A stretch of 64,000 nucleotides of DNA from Pirellulales bacterium (lineage in GTDB: Bacteria; Planctomycetota; Planctomycetia; Pirellulales; JAICIG01). Shown here one piece after another: positions 29,836 through 38,995 of this stretch (the first letter of the stretch is position 1; every line of letters begins with the position of its first letter). A model generated the notes under the pieces. The model had not been told where the DNA came from. It saw only the letters and a program-made list of their open reading frames with translations, and did not search any database. The position numbers were made by a program, and so were the translations under genes. The stretch is taken from positions 40,533 to 104,532 of the forward strand of contig DATKSN010000001.1 of the NCBI GenBank assembly GCA_035531595.1, read 5' to 3'.

Positions 29836-31020
29836 ATGCATCGGATGAAGGTGGCGGCGGCGATGGCCGTTGCGGGCGGCTTGGCGTGCCTGGGGATCGT
29901 GGCGCTGGCTGGGCGCGCCAAGTCGACGCCAAACGCCGCGACGCCCGCCGCCGCCACGAACGCCACGCCACGCGGCGAAGTGGGCGTTCGCCGCGACGCC
30001 CAGCCCGCGGCGGCAACGGACTCGGAACTGGCCTGCGCCGCGCCGCACGTCGACGTCGGCGAAACCGCCAAGCGGCGGCAAGTCCATGAATTCGAGCTCA
30101 CGAACCGCTCCGGCGAGCGGATGCGCATTACGGCCACAGAAAAGAGTTGTGGCTGCGTCAAGCGAGAATTCAGCAAGTACGAGTTGGCGGCCGGCGAGAC
30201 GACCAAGCTGACGCTCGACTTCCCGATTCGAACCGCGGAGGGGACGGTCGCCGGCTTCTTGGAGCGGCTGGAGGTGTACGTCGACGACCGCAACGAGCGG
30301 CCCGCCGCCGTCCTGTCGGTCGGCGGCACGTACGTTCCGCTCGCCTACCGCGTCGGGGACGGCATCCACATCGAGCTGCCGGCGAGCGGCGAGACGGCCT
30401 TCCAGGGCTCGATCGAGGTCCGCCTCAACACGTCGCGCGGTGTCCGCATCGTCGGCTTCAAGCCGGCCGGCATGTTGCCCCTTGAGGCGCGCGTTGTGCC
30501 TGGGGAACCGATGCCGGGCGGACAAGAACAACGATTTACGATCGAGGTGACCGGTACGCTCCCACCGGATACCGCGTTGCCGGCGACGGGCGCCGTGGTC
30601 GCGCGCCTCAACAGCGATGAGATGCCGGAATTGGCGATTCCCGTCGTGCTCTACAAGCAGCCGGGCAACGAGGTGCGGACCAGCCCGGAGCGTTTGGCCT
30701 TTGGCGTCCTGGAATCGGGCGCCAGCGCCATGCGGGCCGTCGTCATCGTATTCCCCGACGGTTCCGACTATGTGGTGGAAAGGGCCGAGCCAAGTGGAGA
30801 CGGCGTGCGGGTGCGCGTCGAGACGCGGCGCGGCGGCAAGCGCGGCGCGCTGCTTCGTTGCGAACTCGACACCAGCACACTGCGCGGCGCGCTGAAACAG
30901 GATCTTGTCATCACGATGACGTCGCCCGGCAAGCCGCGCGAGACCCGCAAAGTGCCGATGAGCGCCTATGTCAAACCGGCCGCGGCGGAGCAGGCGGCTG
31001 GAACGTCGTTGAGCGACTAA
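29836..31020 (+). CDS. DUF1573 (Ig-like) domain secreted/membrane protein
   Basis: AGGAGG RBS; N-terminal hydrophobic segment; HEFELTNRSGERMRITATEKSCGCV matches the DUF1573 pattern. Confidence 0.8.
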   Translation: MHRMKVAAAMAVAGGLACLGIVALAGRAKSTPNAATPAAATNATPRGEVGVRRDAQPAAATDSELACAAPHVDVGETAKRRQVHEFELTNRSGERMRITATEKSCGCVKREFSKYELAAGETTKLTLDFPIRTAEGTVAGFLERLEVYVDDRNERPAAVLSVGGTYVPLAYRVGDGIHIELPASGETAFQGSIEVRLNTSRGVRIVGFKPAGMLPLEARVVPGEPMPGGQEQRFTIEVTGTLPPDTALPATGAVVARLNSDEMPELAIPVVLYKQPGNEVRTSPERLAFGVLESGASAMRAVVIVFPDGSDYVVERAEPSGDGVRVRVETRRGGKRGALLRCELDTSTLRGALKQDLVITMTSPGKPRETRKVPMSAYVKPAAAEQAAGTSLSD

Positions 31021-31048
31021 CCCATCGTCGAATCAGGCGGAGAAACGT

Positions 31049-31591
31049 ATGCGAACGACTCTTGAAGCTTTGCCGGCGCGACGCGGCCGGCGCGCAAGCT
31101 GCGCGGCGGCGGCTGTGCTCGTCGCCGTCTTGCTGGCACCCGCAAACTGCGCCGATCTGAAGTTGGAGCGGTTTTACGAGCCGAACCGATGCGGGCCGAT
31201 CGCGCTGTACTGCGTTTGCAAATCGTACCAGATCGATACGACGATCGACGAACTGGCGAAGCTGGCCGGTTTCGATGGGCGCGAGACAAGCGTGGCGGGC
31301 CTCGTCGCCGCCGCCGAAAAGAAGGGGTTGAAGGCCGAAGCGCTCGAATCAAGTATGGCACACTTGACGACGTTGGGAGGGCCTGCGATCATCGACTACC
31401 CGAAAGGGCACTTTTGCGCCTTCTTCGGTTGGGATGGAACCAGCGCGATCATCCTTGATCCGCCGAAGAAAGCGGAACGGGTTGGGTTTGGGGAGTTGAG
31501 ACGCCGTTGGGGACGCCACATGATCACGTTTTCCGCGACTGACACCAAACAGCAAGAGCAGGCGTCAGCACTGCGGATCGGCCCTAAATGA
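31049..31591 (+). CDS. Stand-alone C39 family cysteine peptidase with N-terminal signal peptide
   Basis: NRCGP (C48), KGHF (H121), ILDP (D137), ETSVAGLVAAAEKKGLKA, RRW; no ABC-transporter domains. Confidence 0.85.
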   Translation: MRTTLEALPARRGRRASCAAAAVLVAVLLAPANCADLKLERFYEPNRCGPIALYCVCKSYQIDTTIDELAKLAGFDGRETSVAGLVAAAEKKGLKAEALESSMAHLTTLGGPAIIDYPKGHFCAFFGWDGTSAIILDPPKKAERVGFGELRRRWGRHMITFSATDTKQQEQASALRIGPK

Positions 31592-31662
31592 CCTTGCACG
31601 ATCCAGGCGGGCAAACGTCTGTAGGGAGCGCCCTCGGTGGCGTTCCGCATTCCCAGGATTAT

Positions 31663-31839
31663 TCAGGGTCCCTGGTTGTGCTTTCGCAAGAGCGCCGCGA
31701 AGGTTTCACCATAGCACATGATGGTCGTTGCCATTTGTGCCGGTGAAACGGCTGCGAAAATCGCGTTGACGGTTGGGCTGCCGACTTCCGCGACATAGCG
31801 TTGTGCCAGCGCGCTAGCATCCCAAAGGAGATTAACCAC
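31663..31839 (-). pseudogene. Truncated VapC/PIN toxin
   Basis: GTG-started MVNLLWDASALAQRYVAEVGSPTV...; stop codon after 58 aa lies inside a partial MITE-A terminus (31652-31672). Confidence 0.7.
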
Positions 31840-31847
31840 CGATCCGT

Positions 31848-32066
31848 CTAATCCCTTTCTTCTTGGCGCGAGCGCAGGATTTCGCTGGACAAAACACGGT
31901 CTTCCGGCCTAATCCCGCTCGCCAGGGTAACCGCCTGGGCTCGTTCCCCGGTTACGGTTGGGTCGTGGCTTAGTCCCAACCGTGTTTGGATCGCGGCCAC
32001 AGACTTTCGGAGTAGCTGTTTATCCAGTATTCTCCCCGCAAGATCGGTTGTGAGGTTCGTTTCCAT
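31848..32066 (-). CDS. Putative antitoxin partner of the truncated VapC
   Basis: 72 aa from METNL with AAGGA RBS; ends 8 nt before the VapC-like start. Confidence 0.55.
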   Translation of the reverse strand: METNLTTDLAGRILDKQLLRKSVAAIQTRLGLSHDPTVTGERAQAVTLASGIRPEDRVLSSEILRSRQEERD

Positions 32067-32119
32067 GACCGTCCATTCCTTCAACAAAGTCGCTTGAGCC
32101 CGTTCGTATCGACATCCAG

Positions 32120-32253
32120 CCCGGATAATTCATGGTCCAGGGGGAACGAGCGCAGTCTGCCAGCACACCAACCCGCAGCGCAAGCAAGGTAGTAAGTTCA
32201 ACGCTGAGCCTTGCTTGCGCTGCGGGTTAGTGTTGGACCATGAATAATCCCGG
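32120..32253. mobile_element. MITE-A variant (A2) carrying a REP-2 doublet
   Basis: MITE-A termini; 134 bp; CCAG/CTAG flanks; REP-2 at 32170-32189 and 32209-32228. Confidence 0.8.
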
Positions 32254-32428
32254 CTAGGACAACTTCATTCTAGTGTACTTGCCCTGAGAGTGCAAAGCGA
32301 GAGCCTCGCAACCGCGTAAAACCGTGGCTGTCCATTAACCCCTTGGGGAACACGTTGACACCCGCCGCCGGGGGCGTATCCTGGCGTGGGGGCGACTGGA
32401 CGAACCTCACCGGGAAAATTGCCTTCCG

Positions 32429-33706
32429 ATGCCTGCCCCATTCATTTCCTTCCTTTGCCTCGCGTTGTCGCTCATGGCCATTCAGCAATCCAACGCCGCC
32501 AGTCCGTTCCCACCCGTGGCGGAATTGCCGTCGCACCCCGAACTGCCCGACCCGCTGGTCTTGTTCCACGGAGAACCCGTGCGGACCAAGGAGCAATGGG
32601 CAAACCAGCGGCGGCCGGAACTCAAGGCGCTGTTCCAACACTACATGTACGGCTATTTGCCCGCGGCGCCCCGGCGGATCAGCGCGAACGTCGAGCGCGT
32701 CGATGCGAATTACTTCGGCGGCAAAGCGACCAAGCAGGAAGTCACCATCGCCTTCGGCCCGCCGGAGGCGCCGACCATCGAGTTGTTGCTGGTGATCCCG
32801 AACGCGCGAAAGGGACCGGCGCCGGTGTTCGTGGGGGAGAACTTCTGCGGCAACCATACGCTGGTGACCGATCCCAACGTGGCGCTGCCGAGGACCTGGA
32901 TGCCGCACCATTGCCCCGGCTGCCAGGACCATCGGGCGACCGACGCGGGACGGGGCACGCAGGTCGATGTCTGGAACCTCGAGCAGTCGATCGACCGCGG
33001 CTACGCGGTGGCCACGTTCTACTGCGGCGACGTCGATCCTGATCGGCCCGACTTCAGCGACGGCGTCCATCCGTTTTTCGCATCCGACGGCACGACCCAA
33101 CCTGGACCGCACACCTGGGGCACGATCGCCGCCTGGGCCTGGGGCATCCAGCGCGCGGTCGATTACCTCGTGACCCATCCTGACCTGGACGCGCGACGGA
33201 TCGCCGTGGTCGGCCATTCGCGGCTGGGCAAGACCGCGCTGTTGGCCGCGGCGATGGACGAGCGGATCGCGCTGGCGATTCCGCACCAGGCGGGCTGCGG
33301 CGGCACCGCCCCCAGCCGCGGAAAAACGGGCGAATCGGTCGAGCGCATCAACACCGCGTTTCCGCATTGGTTCGCCGAAGAGTTCAAACAATTCAACGAG
33401 CACGTCGACAAGCTGCCCTTCGATCAGCACTCGCTGCTGGCGCTGGTCGCCCCGCGCCCCGTGCTGTTTTCAAACGCGGTCGACGACCAGTGGGCCAATC
33501 CGGACGGCCAGTTCGAGGTGCTCAAGGCCGCCGAGGGGGTCTATCGCCTGTTGGGCGCCGACGGGCTGGCCGCCGACAAGCCGCCGGAGCCGGGACGCCT
33601 GATCGATGGCACGCTGGGTTATTACATCCGCCCCGGCAAACATTCGATGACCCAAGGCGATTGGCAAGTGTTCCTCGACTTCGCCGACAAACAGTTCGGA
33701 AAGTAG
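32429..33706 (+). CDS. CE15-like (glucuronoyl esterase family) alpha/beta hydrolase, secreted
   Basis: Signal peptide; LPDPL, AWAWGIQRAVDYL, GHSRLGKTAL, PFDQHSLLALVAPRP, RPGKH. Confidence 0.8.
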   Translation: MPAPFISFLCLALSLMAIQQSNAASPFPPVAELPSHPELPDPLVLFHGEPVRTKEQWANQRRPELKALFQHYMYGYLPAAPRRISANVERVDANYFGGKATKQEVTIAFGPPEAPTIELLLVIPNARKGPAPVFVGENFCGNHTLVTDPNVALPRTWMPHHCPGCQDHRATDAGRGTQVDVWNLEQSIDRGYAVATFYCGDVDPDRPDFSDGVHPFFASDGTTQPGPHTWGTIAAWAWGIQRAVDYLVTHPDLDARRIAVVGHSRLGKTALLAAAMDERIALAIPHQAGCGGTAPSRGKTGESVERINTAFPHWFAEEFKQFNEHVDKLPFDQHSLLALVAPRPVLFSNAVDDQWANPDGQFEVLKAAEGVYRLLGADGLAADKPPEPGRLIDGTLGYYIRPGKHSMTQGDWQVFLDFADKQFGK

Positions 33707-33742
33707 ATTGACTTCCCAACCCTATCATTCCACAATCACATC

Positions 33743-33943
33743 ATGAGCATCGAGACCATCCTCCCCACAGAACTCATCCAAGTACTCCAAGAACGGCTGA
33801 ACAAAGCCGCCAAGGGCATCCGCGATCCCGAAGCAATGGATCGTGCCTTCAAGGAGATGAACCGCATGCGCGAGGAGTTGCGGCAGCGGATCGGCACGGT
33901 CGATTTGGCGGTCGACCTCGTCCGTGACGCGCGCAATCAATGA
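33743..33943 (+). CDS. Putative antitoxin (66 aa)
   Basis: RDPEAMDRAFKEMNRMREEL...LAVDLVRDAR; ATGA overlap with a PIN-like ORF. Confidence 0.6.
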   Translation: MSIETILPTELIQVLQERLNKAAKGIRDPEAMDRAFKEMNRMREELRQRIGTVDLAVDLVRDARNQ

Positions 33944-34020
33944 AGTACATCCTCGACGCATCCCTGGCGCTCAAATGGGTTATCCCGGAAGAAGCAAGCG
34001 ACAAGGCGATTGCCTTTTCA
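33940..34020 (+). pseudogene. Truncated VapC/PIN toxin
   Basis: MKYILDASLALKWVIPEEASDKAIA is a PIN N-terminus; similarity stops at the GTAG-REP at 34021-34047. Confidence 0.7.
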
Positions 34021-34065
34021 CGGAACGCCACGGAGGGCGTTCCCTACAGAGCCCAAAGCGCGGCG

Positions 34066-37000
34066 CTATCGCAACATGCCGCCGAACTTACGCTTCCAGC
34101 GATCGAGTACGCCGGGCTTCGAGTCGTTCGGCTTCGTGTCGGCATCCCCGCCGGCAGGCCGCGCGCGGTCGCGCGGGGTCCGCGCCAGCGGGTTCGGGAC
34201 GACGGTGACATTCGACATCAAGAACCGCGGCCAGTAACCCTCAAGCTGCCGCAGGCAATCGGTGTACTGCCGATTTTCGAGCTTGCGCTCGGCGAATTCA
34301 AAGGTGTTGGCCAACGCCAGCCGCTGCTCCAGCTTGAGCCGCTCCAGTTCAAAAAGCTGGACGTCGTCGATCCAGACCTCGCCGGCGCCCGACAGGCCAA
34401 AGCGAACTCGTAACGGCGAGAGTCCCTCGGTCGGCAAATCGGGATACTCGAACAGATATTGCGACCAGTTCCCGCGGAGCATTTGCACGCCGTCGCCCGC
34501 GCCGATCGGCGCCTCGCGGACATACGGTCGATTGCCTTCCTTTCCCTCCAGCGAGAGCCGTAGCCGTGGTTGCCGCGTCGCGTCGGCCACGCGCATCCAA
34601 ACCGATACCGATAACCAACCGGTGCGCGGCGCCGCGAACGGACGGCTGGCCAACGACGCGGCCCCTGCCGAATTCGACAATTTGACCGCTCGTTTTCCCG
34701 AGTGGGGATCGGTTTCGTCGATTGCCGCGGCAGGGCTGCCCGGTCGGGCCAGAGGTGACTGGCCGCCCTTGGCCGCCGGGCTCGATTCCCAGCCGGGAAT
34801 GGCGCCGCGCTTGGCCGGCTCCTCGAAGCCCGCGTTTTCGAGCGCGTCGTAGGGGGGCGGTCTGGCAAGCACCGTCGCACGCTCGTAAAGATCGTCGATC
34901 GCCGCGCGTAAGCCAAGGGGTACATCGTCGTCGGTCGAAATCTTCGCATCGTGGAACTTCGTGCCACCCGCCGTGAAGGCCGCCGCCAACAGGTCGAACG
35001 GCTCCAAGACCAAGGTCCACGAACGTTTCAAGCCACTACCCGCCAGCGGGGGGACGGATCGCGCGGGGTTGAGGCGAAGCAGGCCACACTCGGCGGCCAG
35101 GTCGACGGACAGATCAACCGTGACTTTCCAAGGCGAATCGTTGACCAGGTAGATGTAGGTCCGGCCCGCTTTCGAGAGCGTGCGGATCGTGATCGGTTGG
35201 GTTTCGCCGGGCAAGGTCGCGAAGGCCTCGTCGGGCAGCTCACGATAGGCCGCCAGCAGTCCCCCCAACTCGCTCTCCTGCCCCAAGGGCAGCAGCCAAC
35301 CGCCGTCGAACATCGCTTGCGCGTCGAGCGTCGCCAAGGCGTGAACGAAGCGACGACGGTTGAACTGGGCCGACGGCACCGGCTGGGCCACCAACTGGGT
35401 TGGGGCCTGTTTGAAGGGGCTTTTGGCGTCGAACGATTCGAGCCTCGCTCTCTGCGGCTCGTGGAAGAACAGGCCGCCAGGGTGGGTCACGGCGGCAAAC
35501 TCGCGGTCGAGCACGCCGTCGTTGTTCCATTCGAGGTTCACGGCCTGCGCCGCCAACGAGTTCAAGGGGGCGATGCGCTGGGGGCGTAACAGCACGATGC
35601 CTTCGGCGTCGCGGTAGCGGCGGGGGTCGATGCCGGCCGAGAGCAATGCGTCTTCGTTCTTGGTCGGAGCGCTGGGTAACGTCGGCCGCAACTCGCGGGC
35701 AAACTCCGGCCGGTCGAGCAGGCCGGCGCCGGCGAGATACAACTTCAACTCCGGCCGTCCTTCGCAGATGACGGCGCGCAGCTTGCGGTGGAACTCGGCC
35801 AACGTCCGCGCGCGCCAGTCGAGCCACGCTTTTCGGCCCCGCCCTTGCAGGAATTCGACCCGCGCGCGAAATCGCTCGGCGCCGCTGGGAAGCTTCACTC
35901 GCGTCTCGCGCTCGAAACGCGCCAGGGTATCGTCGTCGTAGCCCCAGTCGGGTCCGGGGAGTTGAGCGTAGCCGTCGGCCGAGAGCTGCAAGGCCACGCC
36001 GGCCAGTGAGGGGTGCGAACGGTAACGCTCGACCAATTCGCCCACGACGGCCAGCACGGCCTCTTGGACGCGCGCGTTGAGCGGATTGTAATAGGGCGCC
36101 AGCCCGAGTCGCGGGGCGTGTCCGGCGAGCCACGTCGCTCCGTCGGCGCCCACCAACTCGAGCCCGACGCTCTCCGGGCCGCCGCGCCGGAGCAACTCTT
36201 CCAACTCGGTCAAGGGCGCCGAGAACTGCAAGGCCGGAATCAGGCGGAGGCCGTCGCGGTCGAACAGGCGGAAGATCAATTCGAGCACGTCCTTGCGCAG
36301 CGGATCTTGCCCGCCGGCGAAGAACGTGCCCGTGTCATAGCGCGGCGTCGAGTCGAGCAGCTCGCTGGGATAAATCGCGCTGCCGTCCGCCAGCACCGAG
36401 AGCATCAGTCCGTTGTAGCCGGCGTAATTGAGATACTCCACGAGCCTCGCCCCACCTTGCTGAAACGTCCGCCAATCGTCGAACGCGCGCGCGTTGCGGC
36501 TATCGAGCCCCTCGACGGCCGAAAAGTTTTCGGGAAAGAGAGGGCGGTCGTAATAGCCCGCCCAGAGCCGCCGCGGCCGAGATTCGCCCAGGGGAAAGCG
36601 CCGCGGTAGGTGGCTGCGCACCGGGTCGTCGAGCAACGTACCCATGCCGGCGATGCTCTTCACCCCCGACATCACCTTGGTTTTCGGGCCGCGGACGCGG
36701 ATCTTGCCGTAGACGGCCCGGCTGCCGGGGCGGCGGTTGGTTACGAGCAAGAGCGGGATCTTGGTTTTCGGATAGATCACCAGAGTGTGCTTAAGCAACT
36801 TGGCCGGGTCATGGGCGGCCTCGGCGGGCACGTCGATGCCGGAATCGAGTCCGATGGGGAACACCACGCCGGCCACGTTCGGCTCGACCAGGCTCAGGCC
36901 CAAGGTCTGCGGCACGTCGGACGGGTACTCGATTTCGACCAGGTGCGGTTGGCCCAGCTTCTGGATCGGCAGGGGATAGGCTTCCCAACCGATCGTCGCC

Positions 37001-38061
37001 GCCGGGCCATCACCAAGCTGGATGAAATGCATGGTGGTTTCGCCGATCGGGTGTTGCCAGGCCGAAGCGGCGCCGTTACCCAGCGGGCCCTTGTGCAGGC
37101 CGCGCAGCATCGGCACGTTGGGCAGACGCTGCCACCAGGCGGGGTTGGCCGGATCGATTTCAAGGATCACCTCGTGCGGCTGTTCCGAAGAATCGTCGGG
37201 AATCGGCGGATCGGGCGACAACACGACAAGCTGCACTTTGCGCTCGTCGATCACATGCCTCAGCGCCATCCGGTTAGGTATTCCCCAACGGCTGACTTCA
37301 AACACCAGCTCGTAAACGCCCTCGGTTTCCGGCAGAGACAGCGAGATCGGCATGGCTTCGGCCGAACCCTCTTCGTCCGCGATCCGCTCGACTTCCCCCG
37401 TCCAAAGCTCTTTCCGGCTGAACGTTTCGATCAAGCGGACGGTCATCCGGAGCTTCGAGCCGGCGGCGACGCCCAGCCGGCAGGGCCGCGCCTCCAATTC
37501 AAATCGTTCGCCGGGCGCGAAGACGAAATGGTCGCGTGCCAAGGTCAGCCGCAGCTTGTCGCCCGGCGCGCGTCGCACGGTCAACAGGGGCTGTTGGGCA
37601 TCGAGCGGACTGCTGTGCTCCTGCGCGATGAGCCTGGCGAGCGGTATTTCGAGCGGTGTTTCAGGCTCTTCGTCGCCCTCGCGCCAAAGCCGCGCGAGAA
37701 GCCTGGCTTCCAGCGGCGCGAACACGTCGATGTCCACGCCGTCGTAGGACCGGCGGCCGCGGGGGTGAATCGCCAACTGCCCTTGTTCCAGCCACATCGA
37801 GCCGGGCTCATCGGCCTCGATGCCCAGCGGACTGGGCCCGACCAAGACGCCTTCGGTCAACTCGATACGTCCTTGCCAGAGCTGGGCCGACCGGTCGCCC
37901 CATTCGATGCGCAGCCGGAACGTCGGTTCATCGCCCGTGGCGCGCGCCGCGCAAAACGCCACCACGGCCGCCAGCGTCAGGCCGACGGTCCCGCGGGCCG
38001 TGCGCCTCCAGCGGGGGCGACACGGCTTCCGCGATGCGCTCGGACCTCCTTGTCCGGTCAT
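34066..38061 (-). CDS. Large secreted protein with GHL10-like (family 10 glycosyl hydrolase-like) TIM barrel and a CBM-like domain
   Basis: YLNYAGYNGLMLSVLADGSAIYPS, LAPYYNPLNARVQ, GYDDDTLARFERE, LENAGFEE, VWIDDVQL; start moved to MTGQ. Confidence 0.55.
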   Translation of the reverse strand: MTGQGGPSASRKPCRPRWRRTARGTVGLTLAAVVAFCAARATGDEPTFRLRIEWGDRSAQLWQGRIELTEGVLVGPSPLGIEADEPGSMWLEQGQLAIHPRGRRSYDGVDIDVFAPLEARLLARLWREGDEEPETPLEIPLARLIAQEHSSPLDAQQPLLTVRRAPGDKLRLTLARDHFVFAPGERFELEARPCRLGVAAGSKLRMTVRLIETFSRKELWTGEVERIADEEGSAEAMPISLSLPETEGVYELVFEVSRWGIPNRMALRHVIDERKVQLVVLSPDPPIPDDSSEQPHEVILEIDPANPAWWQRLPNVPMLRGLHKGPLGNGAASAWQHPIGETTMHFIQLGDGPAATIGWEAYPLPIQKLGQPHLVEIEYPSDVPQTLGLSLVEPNVAGVVFPIGLDSGIDVPAEAAHDPAKLLKHTLVIYPKTKIPLLLVTNRRPGSRAVYGKIRVRGPKTKVMSGVKSIAGMGTLLDDPVRSHLPRRFPLGESRPRRLWAGYYDRPLFPENFSAVEGLDSRNARAFDDWRTFQQGGARLVEYLNYAGYNGLMLSVLADGSAIYPSELLDSTPRYDTGTFFAGGQDPLRKDVLELIFRLFDRDGLRLIPALQFSAPLTELEELLRRGGPESVGLELVGADGATWLAGHAPRLGLAPYYNPLNARVQEAVLAVVGELVERYRSHPSLAGVALQLSADGYAQLPGPDWGYDDDTLARFERETRVKLPSGAERFRARVEFLQGRGRKAWLDWRARTLAEFHRKLRAVICEGRPELKLYLAGAGLLDRPEFARELRPTLPSAPTKNEDALLSAGIDPRRYRDAEGIVLLRPQRIAPLNSLAAQAVNLEWNNDGVLDREFAAVTHPGGLFFHEPQRARLESFDAKSPFKQAPTQLVAQPVPSAQFNRRRFVHALATLDAQAMFDGGWLLPLGQESELGGLLAAYRELPDEAFATLPGETQPITIRTLSKAGRTYIYLVNDSPWKVTVDLSVDLAAECGLLRLNPARSVPPLAGSGLKRSWTLVLEPFDLLAAAFTAGGTKFHDAKISTDDDVPLGLRAAIDDLYERATVLARPPPYDALENAGFEEPAKRGAIPGWESSPAAKGGQSPLARPGSPAAAIDETDPHSGKRAVKLSNSAGAASLASRPFAAPRTGWLSVSVWMRVADATRQPRLRLSLEGKEGNRPYVREAPIGAGDGVQMLRGNWSQYLFEYPDLPTEGLSPLRVRFGLSGAGEVWIDDVQLFELERLKLEQRLALANTFEFAERKLENRQYTDCLRQLEGYWPRFLMSNVTVVPNPLARTPRDRARPAGGDADTKPNDSKPGVLDRWKRKFGGMLR

Positions 38062-38171
38062 CGACGATCCAGGTTCGAGGGTTGGTTCGAGGCGGAGAAA
38101 GCCGGCAAAAATGGGAGCGGGAGTATAGTCGCGCAACGTGCCGCGAGCTATGCCATCTTGACGAAGATTAG

Positions 38172-38302
38172 CCCGGATTATTCATGGTCCGGGGAGGAAC
38201 TCGCGCACTGTGCTGTAGCAGAATTCGCAAGAATTCTGGCGTAACTCGCGTCCACGGCCTGACTTCTTGCGAAGCCAGCTACGGGACCATGAATAATACG
38301 GG
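38172..38302 (+). mobile_element. MITE-A (131 bp)
   Basis: TIRs; TTAG duplication. Confidence 0.9.
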
Positions 38303-38353
38303 TTAGGCGTTCAGACGGACGCGTATCGAGCGAGGTTGCGGGGGATAGGGGGC

Positions 38354-38815
38354 TTACAGGAACAGCCGCACGACGGTTTCCGCCACGCAGGCCGGCTTGC
38401 TGTCGCCCTCGACTTCGAAGGTTTGCTTGCACGTCGCTTGCACGCAACCCCGGTGGTCTTTGATTTCCAAAAGCTCCGCGGTCATCCGCACGCGGGCGCC
38501 CACCCGTACTGGAGAGGGAAAACGGACCCGGTTGAGCCCGTAATTCAGGATCATCTTGACCCCCTCGATGGTGAAGATCTGTTGGATCAAGGCATTGCAC
38601 AGCGAGAGGGTCAAAAAGCCATGCGCCACCGTGGTTCCATAGGGCGAGTCACGTTTCGACCGTTCGGGGTCGCAATGGATCCATTGATAATCGCCCGTCC
38701 CCTCGGCAAATGCCTGTACCCGCTCCTGCGTGATCTCCACCCAGTCACTGGTTCCCAGCGGATGGCCGACGAGCGTCCGCAGTTCTTCCAGCCCCTTGAT
38801 CACTCGTACTGCCAT
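38354..38815 (-). CDS. MaoC family dehydratase
   Basis: SDWVEITQERVQAFAEGTGDYQWIHCDP, AHGFLTLSL, NYGLNRVRFPSPV. Confidence 0.9.
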   Translation of the reverse strand: MAVRVIKGLEELRTLVGHPLGTSDWVEITQERVQAFAEGTGDYQWIHCDPERSKRDSPYGTTVAHGFLTLSLCNALIQQIFTIEGVKMILNYGLNRVRFPSPVRVGARVRMTAELLEIKDHRGCVQATCKQTFEVEGDSKPACVAETVVRLFL

Positions 38816-38831
38816 GCCGTATCCCATTTCT

Positions 38832-38896
38832 GTAGGGAACGCCCTCCGTGGCGTTCCGCGTCCCCGTCTGTAGGGAACGCCCTCCGTGGCGTTCCG
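38832..38896 (+). repeat. Two direct copies of the GTAG-family REP (38-bp period)
   Basis: GTAGGGAACGCCCTCCGTGGCGTTCCG at 38832 and 38870. Confidence 0.85.
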
Positions 38897-38995
38897 CGTC
38901 CGTCTGTTGCCGCGGCATTCCTCACCTTGAAGCGAGTCGTTGAATTCTAGCGGCCCATCCGCAAGACTCATAGCCCTGGGCGAGCTTAGCGAGCT

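Noticed and set aside
38832-38896. CRISPR array suggested by repeated 27-bp units
   Set aside because: Only two copies, with an 11-nt non-unique spacer. The same unit is dispersed as a GTAG REP and there are no cas genes.
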